This document shows, one piece after another, positions 42,546 to 52,611 of a DNA stretch of 64,000 nt (the first letter of the stretch is position 1; each line of letters starts with the position of its first letter). The stretch lies in the NCBI GenBank assembly GCA_965223735.1, contig OZ245010.1, positions 42,018 through 106,017 on the forward strand, in the 5' to 3' direction. The notes under the pieces were generated by a model. That model made no database searches. It was given only the letters and a program-made list of their open reading frames with translations, and had not been told where the DNA came from. Source of the DNA: Candidatus Oxydemutatoraceae bacterium. Lineage in GTDB: Bacteria > Pseudomonadota > Gammaproteobacteria > Poriferisulfidales > Oxydemutatoraceae. The position numbers were made by a program, and so were the translations under genes.

Positions 42546-42566
42546 CGCCATATAGCGGGTCCCGTT

Positions 42567-43808
42567 TCAGGGGCCCGGATAATGTGAAGCGACGTAGTTC
42601 TCCACCAGGGCTTTGAAATCGTCGGCGATGGTGTCGCCTTTCAAGGTGACGCTCTTTTCCCCATCGACATACACCGGCGCCACCGGCCGCTCGCCAGAAC
42701 CCGGCAGGCTGATGCCGATGTTGGCGTGCCGGCTTTCTCCGGGGCCGTTGACAACGCACCCCATGACCGCCACCGTCATGTTTTCCACGCCGGGATGGCG
42801 TTGCTTCCAGTCGCCCATTCGCGCGTCCAGATAAACTTGGATTTCTTTGGCGAGTTCCCTGAAGTATGAGCTGTCGGTGCGCCCGCAACCCGGGCAGGCG
42901 ACGATGTCGGGAGCGAAACTGCGCAGCCCGAGGCTTTGCAGTATTTCCTGTGCGACCAGCACTTCTTCGGTGCGGTCGGCGCCCGGTTCCGGCGTCAGTG
43001 AAATGCGGATCGTGTCGCCGATGCCTTCGGCGAGCAGGATCGCCAGCGCCGAAGTCGAAGACACCGTGCCTTTGCGTCCCATGCCGGCCTCGGTCAGGCC
43101 GAGGTGCAGGGGGTAGTCGCATTCGGCTGCGAGTCGGCGATAGACCTGCACCAATTCCCCGACGTCGCTGAGTTTGCACGACACGACGATGCGGTCGTGC
43201 GCGAGGCCGACTTCTTCGGCGCGTGCCGCGCTGGTCAACGCTGATTCAACAAGCACTTCGCGCGTGATCTCCGTCAGCGGTCTGGGTTTTGCGCGTGTGG
43301 CGTTTCTGTCGAGCCGGTCGGCGAGCAGATCCTGGTCAAGGCTGCCCCAGTTGACGCCGATGCGTACCGGTCTGTCGAGACGGCACGCGCACTCGACCAT
43401 GCGCGTGAATTGAGGATCGCGCAGCGCGCCTCTGCCGATGTTGCCCGGGTTGATGCGCAGTTTGGAGAGCGCTTTGCCGCATTCGGGATAACGTTCGAGC
43501 AATGTGTAGCCGTTGAAATGAAAATCGCCGATCAGTGGTACCGAGATCCCCAGCACGGCAAGACGTTCGGCGACTGCCGGCACCGCCTGTGCCGCTGCCC
43601 CGTCGTTGACGGTGATACGGACGATTTCCGATCCCGCGCGCGCGAGCGCCGCGACCTGGGCGGTCACCTCGGTAATCTTGAAGGTTGCAACGTCGGCCAT
43701 GGATTGCACGACGACCGGAGAATTACTTCCGATTGTGATATTGCCGACCTTGACGGCGGTCGAAACGCGTCGGGATCTCAGAAACGCCCTGTCGTCGGGT
43801 GAGGTCAT
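42567..43808 (-). CDS. ispG: HMBPP synthase (flavodoxin-dependent) IspG
   Basis: [41 protein letters not shown]. Confidence 0.96.
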   Translation of the reverse strand: MTSPDDRAFLRSRRVSTAVKVGNITIGSNSPVVVQSMADVATFKITEVTAQVAALARAGSEIVRITVNDGAAAQAVPAVAERLAVLGISVPLIGDFHFNGYTLLERYPECGKALSKLRINPGNIGRGALRDPQFTRMVECACRLDRPVRIGVNWGSLDQDLLADRLDRNATRAKPRPLTEITREVLVESALTSAARAEEVGLAHDRIVVSCKLSDVGELVQVYRRLAAECDYPLHLGLTEAGMGRKGTVSSTSALAILLAEGIGDTIRISLTPEPGADRTEEVLVAQEILQSLGLRSFAPDIVACPGCGRTDSSYFRELAKEIQVYLDARMGDWKQRHPGVENMTVAVMGCVVNGPGESRHANIGISLPGSGERPVAPVYVDGEKSVTLKGDTIADDFKALVENYVASHYPGP

Positions 43809-43834
43809 AACGGATGACGGAAATAATATACTTG

Positions 43835-43872
43835 GGGAATTATATACTTAAGCCTGCAAGGGCTTCTGTACC
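43835..43872 (-). mobile_element. Isolated right (3') end of the tnpB element family
   Basis: GGGAATTATATACTTAA identical to 6857-6873, followed by a similar hairpin-forming segment; cut off by the IS481-like element. Confidence 0.7.
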
Positions 43873-44311
43873 TGCATGACGCCACCCTATACGGGACACA
43901 AGAGGCAAATGTCGTGCCGGCATTGACAGGGTGTCGAGTCGCGGCTTGATTTGGCCTTTTGGCGTCAGGCGTGTCGGTAGTCAACCGCGCCGATCGTGCG
44001 CATACCGGGACAAGTCATGCAGCACGTTCAAGCCCCCGGTGCAGTAGGTCTGGCGTCGGTCGTGCACGGTGGAGCGGCTGACCTTGAATGCGTCAAGGGT
44101 GGCCCTGGAGTACAATCGGGGCCATGTTTGTCCCGGAATGTCAGGGTTTCGAGTTTCTGTTGGGCATTGGTTCGTATGGTCTTGTCTCCCATTTGGCAGA
44201 TAAAGAGGCGACTTTACAGAAACCTTTGGGGTGGAAGCCGATGTGCCGGTCCCCCGTATAACGGTTTCCTTTTTAATCAGGCCGGGGGCCGTATGTTTTT
44301 GGCCTCATACA
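43873..44311 (-). mobile_element. IS481-family deletion derivative (MITE-like, 439 bp)
   Basis: Left end TGTATGAGGCC..CATACGG at 44311 and degenerate inverted copy TGCATGACGCC..TATACGG at 43873; homologous to 8949-9430. Confidence 0.7.
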
Positions 44312-44323
44312 TGGATTTCAACG

Positions 44324-44731
44324 ATGGCGGAGCGACATGTTATTGAGTGCCGCACCACAGGGCGGGGATTTTACGATCTGACCACCCGGGTGCAGGCGCA
44401 TGTCCCGGAAAATGCGGACGGGATATGTAACCTGTTTATTCACCATACCAGCGCTTCGCTGGTAATCACTGAAAACGCTGATCCCGAAGTGCATCGTGAT
44501 CTCGAGCGCCTGATCTCCCGGGTCGCGCCCGACGGGGATCCCCTGTTCCGTCACGTTGCCGAGGGGGCTGACGACATGCCCGCGCACGCGCGCTCGGTAT
44601 TGACGCAGAGCTCTTTGTCCGTGCCGTTCTGGGACGGGCGTCTGCTGCTGGGGACCTGGCAGGGGGTGTATCTTTGGGAGCATCGGACGTCGCCACATTC
44701 ACGACGGGTGACGATCAGCATATTGGCGTGA
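44324..44731 (+). CDS. yjbQ: YjbQ (UPF0047) family protein
   Basis: HTSASL..ENADP.V..D, EG.DDMPAH, LGTWQG.YL.EHR. Confidence 0.92.
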   Translation: MAERHVIECRTTGRGFYDLTTRVQAHVPENADGICNLFIHHTSASLVITENADPEVHRDLERLISRVAPDGDPLFRHVAEGADDMPAHARSVLTQSSLSVPFWDGRLLLGTWQGVYLWEHRTSPHSRRVTISILA

Positions 44732-44785
44732 ACCGCCTGTAAATAATGATCTTGACCGGTGGGTCAATAACCTTGGAGGCACATT

Positions 44786-45211
44786 ATGTCGGAATATGAA
44801 CTTTCCGATCGGATCAAATCAATGGAACGCAATCTGCAAAGAATGAGGCTGGCGATCATCGTCATCGCGGCTTTTTTCGTGTATGAGGCGATCGGGCCGC
44901 TGCCTTTCGGCAGGGATCGGGTCGAAGTCAAGGAAACGGTGAAAGTCAGGGAGCTACTGGTGGTTGACGAGCGCGGCGAGACGATCGCCTATCTGGGCGC
45001 CGATGACGATGGTGCGGGACTGATCCTCGACGACGACGCGGGCAACCGCCTTGACGCGAGGTCCGCCGTGATCAGGCTGATGGCGCCGGGCGTTGACCGG
45101 CGCGTCGAGCGGTTGCGGATAGACGGGGAAGGCGTTGAAGTGCATGGCGGCGCCGGTCGTACAACCGGCGGGTCTCCGCACCGGGCGTTTTTGGATAAGA
45201 TACTTGACTGA
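44786..45211 (+). CDS. Hypothetical membrane-anchored protein
   Basis: GGAGG RBS, short coiled coil plus one TM helix plus beta-rich tail. Confidence 0.7.
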   Translation: MSEYELSDRIKSMERNLQRMRLAIIVIAAFFVYEAIGPLPFGRDRVEVKETVKVRELLVVDERGETIAYLGADDDGAGLILDDDAGNRLDARSAVIRLMAPGVDRRVERLRIDGEGVEVHGGAGRTTGGSPHRAFLDKILD

Positions 45212-45322
45212 TCCTCGTCGTTGTTTTCAATCTGCCCGTTGCTGACTTGCCGCGGGACTTTGAGGCATCTGCTGCTGGATTGATCTCCGCGTCGTCTGCA
45301 ACCGGCTGCGGGTGTTTCCGCA

Positions 45323-46252
45323 TCATTGATCGCGGGGTGCCGGCTTGTAGGTTTTCCAGACTTCTTCCTGCCCCGGACCGTCGGGGAGGGTGTTTGCGAT
45401 GGAGGTGAATCCGGGCTTGAGGTCCACCGGATAGGGGTGGTAGTAAAGAATGTCTATGTATTTTTTGTGCATAAAGTGATCCGTCGGCAACAACAGCCGC
45501 CGGCGTGCCGCCTCGACCAGCCTGTGTGCGCCCTCGGGCGTGATCGCGTAGCAGTGTGTGCCCAGCAGGTAGCGCCAGGGGTGGTGGGTTTCCCGCCCTC
45601 TGGGCGGGTTGGCCGCGTCGATCAGCGATTCACCTTGAAAGAGGGGCTTTCCGAGCATGATGACGTGCCTGAATTTCAGCGTCGGGATCGGGGCGCGGAA
45701 CACGGCGTCGTGTTCCAGCGCGATGATGGGTTCTCCCAGTTCAATGCAGCGCAACCATAGTTTGAAGTGCGACGCGAAGCATCCCATCGCGGGAGCAGGC
45801 TGATTCGTGGAGACTTGCGAGTTCCACGTCAAGCCGTGGCGGGTGAAGAAATCTTGTGACTTGAATTGGTCTATTGCCGGCATGATCTCGAGTCGGCCGT
45901 TTTCTCCGTATCGCTTTGCGGATTCGATGCAGCGTTCGGCGGCCTCTACGGACAATGGCAGATTGACCAGCGTGATCAGGAATTTTTTGTGCGGCTTGAC
46001 CGGCGCGGCCGCCCGCAGGCGAAAATGCGCCTCGGCATTTCTGGCTCTCAGCCACAAAAGCTTTGCAAAATGTTCAGCGAATTCGCCTATCCGGGACTTG
46101 AATTCATGCCATATCTTTTCTTCGTTGCCGGGCGCGCCGAGCAGGTTGCCGGGCGCGGTCAACTTGCGGTGCCACTGTTGTCCCCTACTGGTCCGCAACA
46201 ACAGCCTGAAAAGAAACCGCCCGAAAAATCCGGGTGTAATGGGGGGAGGCAT
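45323..46252 (-). CDS. Glycosyltransferase family 25 protein
   Basis: MGCFASHFKLW, IIALEHDA, GTHCYAITPEGA. Confidence 0.85.
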   Translation of the reverse strand: MPPPITPGFFGRFLFRLLLRTSRGQQWHRKLTAPGNLLGAPGNEEKIWHEFKSRIGEFAEHFAKLLWLRARNAEAHFRLRAAAPVKPHKKFLITLVNLPLSVEAAERCIESAKRYGENGRLEIMPAIDQFKSQDFFTRHGLTWNSQVSTNQPAPAMGCFASHFKLWLRCIELGEPIIALEHDAVFRAPIPTLKFRHVIMLGKPLFQGESLIDAANPPRGRETHHPWRYLLGTHCYAITPEGAHRLVEAARRRLLLPTDHFMHKKYIDILYYHPYPVDLKPGFTSIANTLPDGPGQEEVWKTYKPAPRDQ

Positions 46253-46255
46253 GGG

Positions 46256-47191
46256 CTAACCTGGTTTCGTGCCGTACTTCGCCCAGACCTCTTCCGAGGT
46301 CGGATCCCCGGGGTGATGTGTGACGTGCGTCGAGAAATCGCAACTGAAATCCACCAGGTAGGGGTGATAGTAAAGAATATCCAGATGGTGCTTGTTGATG
46401 AACAAATCCGCCGCCGTTATCAGTTTCCGGCGCGCCGCGTCCACAAGGAACTCCGCTCCCCGCGGCGTGATCGCATAACAATGCGCGCCGGCGAGCATGT
46501 TCATCGGGTAGAAGATTTCGCGGGGTTTGGGGCTTCTGACCGCTTCCAGCTTGTAAGCGCCCAGATTGTGGGCGGGTTTCGACAGCAGTATGACGTGCTT
46601 GAACCTCAGCGGAGGGATCGGAGACCGGAATATGGCGTCGTGCTCGAGTACGATGATCGGCTCTCCGAGTTCCACACAGCGCTGCCACAGCTTGTAATGC
46701 GAGGCAAAGCACCCCATTTCCGGCGGGATGTCGTCGCTGAGCGTTATGTGGTGCCAGCTGAGCCCGTGTTGCGTCAAAAAGTCCGGCGCCCGGAATTTGT
46801 CCACCGCGGGCATGATCTCAAGGCCGTGATGTTCTCCGTACCGCTTTGCCGACTCGATGCAGCGTTCGGCTACCTGTACGGACTGCGGTAATTCGGTCAA
46901 CGTGATGACGAATTTTTTGGTCGGCCTGACCGGGGTGACGGTTTGCAACCGGGTGCGCACGCCGAGGGTTCTGGTTTCCACCCAGAAATTGTTTCTATAC
47001 CGCCGCGTCAGCGGTCTCAACCACACGCCGGGCGTTTCCCTTAATTGCTGCTTGAAGTGATTCCACAGTTTTTCTTCGGTCGGGGGCGCACCGAGCAGCC
47101 TGCCGGGGGCGTGCAGCTTGTCGTACCACCTTCGTATCTTGGGAATCCACAAAAAACGGCGAAACAGCGAATGCGGGGCGAGTGTCGGCAT
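46256..47191 (-). CDS. Glycosyltransferase family 25 protein (tandem paralogue)
   Basis: MGCFASHYKLW, IIVLEHDA, GAHCYAITPRGA. Confidence 0.85.
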   Translation of the reverse strand: MPTLAPHSLFRRFLWIPKIRRWYDKLHAPGRLLGAPPTEEKLWNHFKQQLRETPGVWLRPLTRRYRNNFWVETRTLGVRTRLQTVTPVRPTKKFVITLTELPQSVQVAERCIESAKRYGEHHGLEIMPAVDKFRAPDFLTQHGLSWHHITLSDDIPPEMGCFASHYKLWQRCVELGEPIIVLEHDAIFRSPIPPLRFKHVILLSKPAHNLGAYKLEAVRSPKPREIFYPMNMLAGAHCYAITPRGAEFLVDAARRKLITAADLFINKHHLDILYYHPYLVDFSCDFSTHVTHHPGDPTSEEVWAKYGTKPG

Positions 47192-47274
47192 CGGGTGGGT
47201 CCGGCGGCGGGGAGAAAGTATCTCCGATCAGCGGTTCGACCAATATTCTCGACTCACGATCCGGCGCTCCGAGT

Positions 47275-47351
47275 TGGCGCCCCGGGCAGGATTCGAACCT
47301 GCAACCTTCCCCTTAGGAGGGGGACGCGCTATCCAATTGTGCCACCGGGGC
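47275..47351 (-). tRNA. tRNA-Arg (CCT)
   Basis: Cloverleaf; anticodon arm TCCCC-CTCCTAA-GGGGA, GGTTCGAATCC T-loop, encoded CCA. Confidence 0.95.
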
Positions 47352-47484
47352 TGAAATTCCAAGTATATCACGCAGTTTGCGGTTTCCCGGCTCGCTTGTC
47401 GGGCGACAACCGCCGTTCATCCGATTATGGCGCCCGCATGTTTCAGTGAGTGAGACGCTTGCGTGCGCGCTCGGATCTGAAGTG

Positions 47485-47571
47485 TGGTACCGAGGGTGGG
47501 ACTCGAACCCACACGGGTGTTACCCCACCGGATTTTGAGTCCGGCGCGTCTTCCGGTTCCGCCACCTCGGC
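47485..47571 (-). tRNA. tRNA-Leu (CAA)
   Basis: Anticodon arm CCGGA-CTCAAAA-TCCGG, long variable arm, GGTTCGAGTCC, encoded CCA. Confidence 0.95.
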
Positions 47572-47613
47572 AGGGAACCGGGGCATTGTAAACCATCAAT
47601 CGACGGAGCAGAA

Positions 47614-48663
47614 ATGCGAACCCTGTTGCAAAGAGTTTTGGAATGTGCCGATCGTTCGGGTTTGTCCGACATCCATTTGCACAGTGGATGCCCGATCTAT
47701 CTGCGCGTGAATGGAGAGATGGGCTTGTTGTCAGAAGAACTTGTGACCGCGGACGAGGTATGGGCGTTTGCCGAGCACTGTATGACGCCCGAGCTGAAGC
47801 AGCGCTGGCTGGATGAGAAGTCGCTCGACTTCAGCGTCGAGTGCGGCGAGTCCAGGTACCGTGCCAATTTTTATTTTGAGTCAAAACGGCCGGCGGCGGT
47901 GTTGCGCAAAACCGAGAACGCCGCCCCCACGCTGAAGGAAATCGGAATGCCCCCATCGGTCGGCGAGGCGCTCACCGCGACGCACGGGCTGGTCCTGCTG
48001 ACCGGCGCGACCGGTTCGGGCAAATCAACTTCGCTGGCGGCGATGGTCAATCATATCCTGGACACGCGCGCGGTACACGTGCTGACGATTGAAGATCCGG
48101 TCGAGTTTCGTTTTCGCTCGCGGCGTTCGTTGATTTCCCAAAGGGAGGTGGGCGTTGACGCGCTCTGCTTTGTATCGGCGCTGCGTGCGGCGTTCAGGGA
48201 AGACCCCAACGTGATCCTGATCGGGGAGATGCGCGACTTTGAGACAGTTTCACTCGCGCTGAGCGCCGCCGAAACCGGTCATCTGGTGCTTGCGACTTTA
48301 CATACCGCGAGTTGCACCGGGGCGGTCAGCCGGATCGTCGATGTGTTTCCGATCGGGTCGCGTGAGCAGGTGCGCGTGCAACTGGCGGACAGCCTGCAAA
48401 TGGTGGTCAACCAGCGCCTGTTGCGCCGCGCCGACGGCAACGGCCGGGTGGCGGCGTTTGAAGTGCTGCTCGCAAACGACGCGGTTCGCAACCTGATCCG
48501 GGAGAACAAGGTCTATCAGTTGCCGGGTGTGATGGATCTCGCCCGCTCTCAGGGCATGGTGCCGATGCACACGGCGCTTGCGTCGTTGCGCGTCGCCGGC
48601 GTGATCGCGCATGGGCAAGTCGGCCGTGAACAGGTAGCCGATCAACGTGAGACCTCGCCGTGA
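47614..48663 (+). CDS. pilT: PilT/PilU-family retraction ATPase
   Basis: GATGSGKST, TIEDPVE, REDPNVILIGEMRD, AETGHLV, AVRNLIRE. Confidence 0.9.
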   Translation: MRTLLQRVLECADRSGLSDIHLHSGCPIYLRVNGEMGLLSEELVTADEVWAFAEHCMTPELKQRWLDEKSLDFSVECGESRYRANFYFESKRPAAVLRKTENAAPTLKEIGMPPSVGEALTATHGLVLLTGATGSGKSTSLAAMVNHILDTRAVHVLTIEDPVEFRFRSRRSLISQREVGVDALCFVSALRAAFREDPNVILIGEMRDFETVSLALSAAETGHLVLATLHTASCTGAVSRIVDVFPIGSREQVRVQLADSLQMVVNQRLLRRADGNGRVAAFEVLLANDAVRNLIRENKVYQLPGVMDLARSQGMVPMHTALASLRVAGVIAHGQVGREQVADQRETSP

Positions 48664-50198
48664 AAAAGTTTTCGGAAAATTTTTTCCGCACTGTCGGTGT
48701 GTGTTTTGATCCGTTGGGCGTCAGTCTCGCCGTGCGGCGCGGGCGGCGCGTCGATCCACTTGTGCGCCTGGCGTTGGCCGCCGACGCTTCGTCTTCGGCG
48801 CGTGCCGACGATTACCGCGACTCATTGTCGGAACTGGTCGTGCAGCAGAAGGTGTCGGGCGCGCGTTGCGTGGCTTCGCTGGCGACAGCGCGTTGTCGTG
48901 TTCAATGGGCGTCTTTGACCGGCGCCCGTTTGCGCGACTTGCGCACCGCCGTCGGTCAGTCGGCGTTCTGGCAGGCGCACTTGGGGGTCACGCTCGAAAG
49001 CCATTGCGTATGGTGGCGGTTCGTTCGCGACGGCGACGGGCGGCGGATCCATGCATTGCTTGTCGCCGCGGCGCGTGAAGACGTTGATTTTTACGCGGAT
49101 ACGATCCGTGCGGCGGGGCTCGCCGTTGGCGTCATCGGCGTTTCCTGCTTTGATTATTTTGATCAGGAGTTTGCGCCGGATACTTCCCGTGTAACCTTGG
49201 TCCTCGATTGCGACGACGCCTGCGTTGTTTCCACCGGCGCTTTCGGTCTGCGCGCGCACGCGGCTGAATTCGACCGTCGCGCTGCGACCGCGCTGGTCTC
49301 CGGGGAGCTGTCGTCGCAGGATGCCGTCGTGGATGGTCTGGCGGCTTGCGTGCGGCGCTGTATAGATAACGAGCAGGCGGCGACGCGGTTGCACGCCCAT
49401 GTGCGGGTGGTCGCCGCCCGCGGTCTGCATGGCGAATGGTTTGAAGTGCTGCGTGCGCGGCTGCCAGGCTTTCCGGTTGAGTTCATCGACGGCTGGGATG
49501 CGGCGGGTCTCGCCGCGGCGGACGGCAACCCGCGCGGCGGGTCGCACGATGACTGGTGGCGGTTGCCGCGCGCCGCCGCGTGTCTCATTCGGGACGGACA
49601 GCCCGTCGTCCGGTTGCTGCGCCGCACGCCGGCGACGGCGGTGAATCTCGCGCGCGGCCGGGCCGACGGCGCGCGGCGTTATCCGGCGTATGCCCTGGCC
49701 GTCGCCGTGTGTCTGTTCGGCGCCGCCCTGGTTTACGCGCATTGGCTGCTGCTCGATCAACGTCGTCTTTTGCAGTCCGACGCGCAACGGCACTTACAGC
49801 TTTCGACATTGCGCGACCGGATGCGCGCGGAAGTGGAAGATCTGCGGGACCAGTTGTCGAACCGCATTTCATTTTATTCCGGTATTCAGCGCATTTCATT
49901 CGAGCGGAAGCTGATGCCGCGCCTGCTGGCGCTGGTCGAGCACGCGGCGTTTGAAGGCGTGTGGCTGAACACGGTGCATTTCAGGCAGCCGGGGTCTTTG
50001 CGGATCACGGGGAAGTCGTTGAGCGACAAACAAATCGCCCACTTTATTCAACGCCTGCGTACGGCGGACGAGATCACCGCTGTGTTCTTGGAAAGCGCGG
50101 CGCTGGAAAAGCGGCGGGACAAGACGTCGGATTTCGGGCGGCGGCTGAAGAATTTTGTGATCACCTGTCACGTGCAGGCGCCGGGTGAAGACCGGTGA
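48660..50198 (+). CDS. PilM-like/PilN fusion protein
   Basis: Degenerate cytoplasmic PilM-like region, VNL motif, TM, coiled coil, PilN-type VWL..LRITG.S C-terminus. Confidence 0.6.
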   Translation: MKKFSENFFRTVGVCFDPLGVSLAVRRGRRVDPLVRLALAADASSSARADDYRDSLSELVVQQKVSGARCVASLATARCRVQWASLTGARLRDLRTAVGQSAFWQAHLGVTLESHCVWWRFVRDGDGRRIHALLVAAAREDVDFYADTIRAAGLAVGVIGVSCFDYFDQEFAPDTSRVTLVLDCDDACVVSTGAFGLRAHAAEFDRRAATALVSGELSSQDAVVDGLAACVRRCIDNEQAATRLHAHVRVVAARGLHGEWFEVLRARLPGFPVEFIDGWDAAGLAAADGNPRGGSHDDWWRLPRAAACLIRDGQPVVRLLRRTPATAVNLARGRADGARRYPAYALAVAVCLFGAALVYAHWLLLDQRRLLQSDAQRHLQLSTLRDRMRAEVEDLRDQLSNRISFYSGIQRISFERKLMPRLLALVEHAAFEGVWLNTVHFRQPGSLRITGKSLSDKQIAHFIQRLRTADEITAVFLESAALEKRRDKTSDFGRRLKNFVITCHVQAPGEDR

Positions 50199-50791
50199 AC
50201 GGCGTCGGGCAAGCAGCAGGGCGGTGGTTATCGTCACGCGCGCGCGGCGCCTTTCTGGGCGTGTCCGTGTCGGTGTTGATCGCGCTGTCGGCCTATGCGC
50301 TGCTGATCCTGCAACCGCTGAGCGTCGAAAACGAGGCGATGCGCGTGCGCGCCGCCAGCCTTGCGGCGCTGTCCCGGCAGTTGAAAGAACTGGGCGGATT
50401 GCTCGCCGCGCTGAAGCACGACGTGGACCGGGAAGCGTCGTCTTATCAGAGCATGCTTCGGGACTTACGCGGCTGGCGCGTTGAGGCGCACACGCACATC
50501 AGCCGCATTGCAGCGGACGCGGGCCTTGAAGTGACGGCGATGGAATGGACGGAAGCCGAGTCGGCGACGCCCGCTTTCGAGACGGACAGACACCGGCGCT
50601 GGTTGCGCACCGGCGTTTTCATCAGGCTCGTCGGCGGCTGGCAGTCGCATCTCAGTTTTGCGCACGGGTTATCGCGGTGCGACTGTCTGGTGCAGGTGTC
50701 GGAGGAGGAGGTGACGGCGTCCGGGCGGGCGGGCCTGATCGAGGCTTCAATGTCCTTGTTTGTTTATCACCCCGGAGGTACGCATGTCTGA
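50195..50791 (+). CDS. PilO-like protein
   Basis: N-terminal TM, coiled coil, I.L.G.W..HL.F pattern; position between PilN and PilP. Confidence 0.55.
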   Translation: MNGVGQAAGRWLSSRARGAFLGVSVSVLIALSAYALLILQPLSVENEAMRVRAASLAALSRQLKELGGLLAALKHDVDREASSYQSMLRDLRGWRVEAHTHISRIAADAGLEVTAMEWTEAESATPAFETDRHRRWLRTGVFIRLVGGWQSHLSFAHGLSRCDCLVQVSEEEVTASGRAGLIEASMSLFVYHPGGTHV

Positions 50792-51104
50792 GCGGCATGG
50801 TTTTTGTTGCGTCGTAATCCTGCTCGCCGTTTGCGCGACCGGCCACGCCGACCCGTTTGGGTCGGTGCCGCCGACGCCGGACAAGGCTGAGGCGGAGGCT
50901 CCGGTTGCGGCGCCGGACTATCGCGTGGTCGGCGCTGCGATGCTGGGCGAGCGCGCGATTGCCATCGTCCGGATGGCGGACGGGCGGTTTCACTTGGTCA
51001 AGCCGGGGGAGCGCATCGGCGGCGCGACCGTGACCCGGATCACGCTTGATGCAGTTCATCTCGAAACGGCGCACGGCGGCGTGCGCCTGCCGGTCGCCGA
51101 TTGA
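50784..51104 (+). CDS. PilP-like protein
   Basis: DPF motif, YRVVG..AIVR..G....VKPGERIG. Confidence 0.65.
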   Translation: MSERHGFCCVVILLAVCATGHADPFGSVPPTPDKAEAEAPVAAPDYRVVGAAMLGERAIAIVRMADGRFHLVKPGERIGGATVTRITLDAVHLETAHGGVRLPVAD

Positions 51105-51108
51105 GCCG

Positions 51109-52611
51109 ATGCGTTTACGTTCGATCAATGGTATCGCCGCTGCGGCGTCAAGGCTTCCGGTTGCGATCGCGTGGGCCTCGATGACGGCGGCCTGTGCGTT
51201 TCCGCTGCATCCGCCGGACGCGATCAAGATCGCAGAGGAGACCGCCAAGGTTGAGCGTGCGCGGGAGATGGCTCATCGCCGTCTGGAGTCAAAACGGCGT
51301 CTTGCGGGCGAGTATCAAAAACGCAATCGTCGCGCCTTGAGCGTCTATGAGACGCGCGATGATGAGCTTCCGCCTGCCCGTTCGCGGCGTGCGTATATTC
51401 ATGCGTCCCAGCCGCCGCACCGTGCCGTTGCCGGGTTTGCGTCCGGCGGCAAAAAGATTGCGGTGCATTTCAGCAAAGTGCCTTTGCGCGTTGCCGTCGG
51501 CGCGTTTGCGGCGTTGACGGACGCGAACGTCGTCGTTGCCGAGGAGATTGCCGGTGAGATGGTCACCGTTCGGATCAGGCACGCTCCATGGCGTGATGCG
51601 CTCGCGGCGATCGTGCAGACGCAGGGCTGGACGGTGCGCGACGACGGGGGGGTTATCCGTCTCCACGCGCGCCGTGAGGACAGCGGCGGGAGCACTGCGA
51701 CCGGCGTTACGGTCGCCGGACGCAGCGTCGAACTGCTGCGGTTCTTCCACATTGCGCCTGACGACATGAAGAAGGCGGTCGCGCCGCTGTTCGCTGGCGC
51801 CGCCGACAAGCCGGTGATGAGTGTTGACGAGCGTACCGGTTCGTTGATGGTGAAAGGCGTCCCCGGCGACATCGATCTGATCGCGTCGCTGGCTGAAAAA
51901 CTTGATCAGCCGGTGCAGCAGATCCTGATCGAGACCTTCATCATTGAGGCGGGCAGGGGGCTGGAACGCAGTCTCGGCGCGCGGCTCGGCATCGATCGCT
52001 TCGACGCCGGCGGCGTGATCCGTGTCGGTGGCGTGATCGGTGATGCCGGGCGGACGGCTGTGGACCTGCCGGTTGCGGCGCCCGCCGCCGGTCTCGGTTT
52101 TTTGTTTGACGGCGACCGGTTGAAGCTGGAGCTGACCGCGCTTGAGAAAGAGGGCAAGACCAGGATCGTCTCCAATCCCCGGATATTCACGCTGAACGGA
52201 CGCGAGGCGGTGATCTTTCAGGGCGACGAAGTGCCTTATTTCAGCGTGTCCGAAAACGGCACGCAGACCGAATTCAAGGAAGCTGGCGTGCGGCTTGCGG
52301 TCACGCCCGCGATCGTCGGCGACGGCAATCTGATACTCGACGTGACGGTCAACAAGGACACGGTGGATACGCGCGTGCAAAACCCGCCGATCACGCGCCG
52401 CCAGATCAAGACCAAGTTACTGGTCGCCGACGGCGCGATGGTCATTATCGGCGGGATTTACTTTGACACGCGGGTCAACACCGAGACGCGCGTGCCGGTG
52501 CTTGGGCGCCTGCCGGTAATCGGGCGCCTGTTCAAGCGCTCGCAGGACACGCGCGACTTGAAGGAACTGCTGGTGTTTATTGCGCCGAAGATCGTCGGTG
52601 CTTCGTCGTGA
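51109..52611 (+). CDS. pilQ: Secretin (PilQ/HofQ-like)
   Basis: PWRDAL, VDERTGSL, ALEKEG..SNPRI, VTP, IGGI, VPVLG.LP..G.LF, ELLVFIAPKI. Confidence 0.85.
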   Translation: MRLRSINGIAAAASRLPVAIAWASMTAACAFPLHPPDAIKIAEETAKVERAREMAHRRLESKRRLAGEYQKRNRRALSVYETRDDELPPARSRRAYIHASQPPHRAVAGFASGGKKIAVHFSKVPLRVAVGAFAALTDANVVVAEEIAGEMVTVRIRHAPWRDALAAIVQTQGWTVRDDGGVIRLHARREDSGGSTATGVTVAGRSVELLRFFHIAPDDMKKAVAPLFAGAADKPVMSVDERTGSLMVKGVPGDIDLIASLAEKLDQPVQQILIETFIIEAGRGLERSLGARLGIDRFDAGGVIRVGGVIGDAGRTAVDLPVAAPAAGLGFLFDGDRLKLELTALEKEGKTRIVSNPRIFTLNGREAVIFQGDEVPYFSVSENGTQTEFKEAGVRLAVTPAIVGDGNLILDVTVNKDTVDTRVQNPPITRRQIKTKLLVADGAMVIIGGIYFDTRVNTETRVPVLGRLPVIGRLFKRSQDTRDLKELLVFIAPKIVGASS

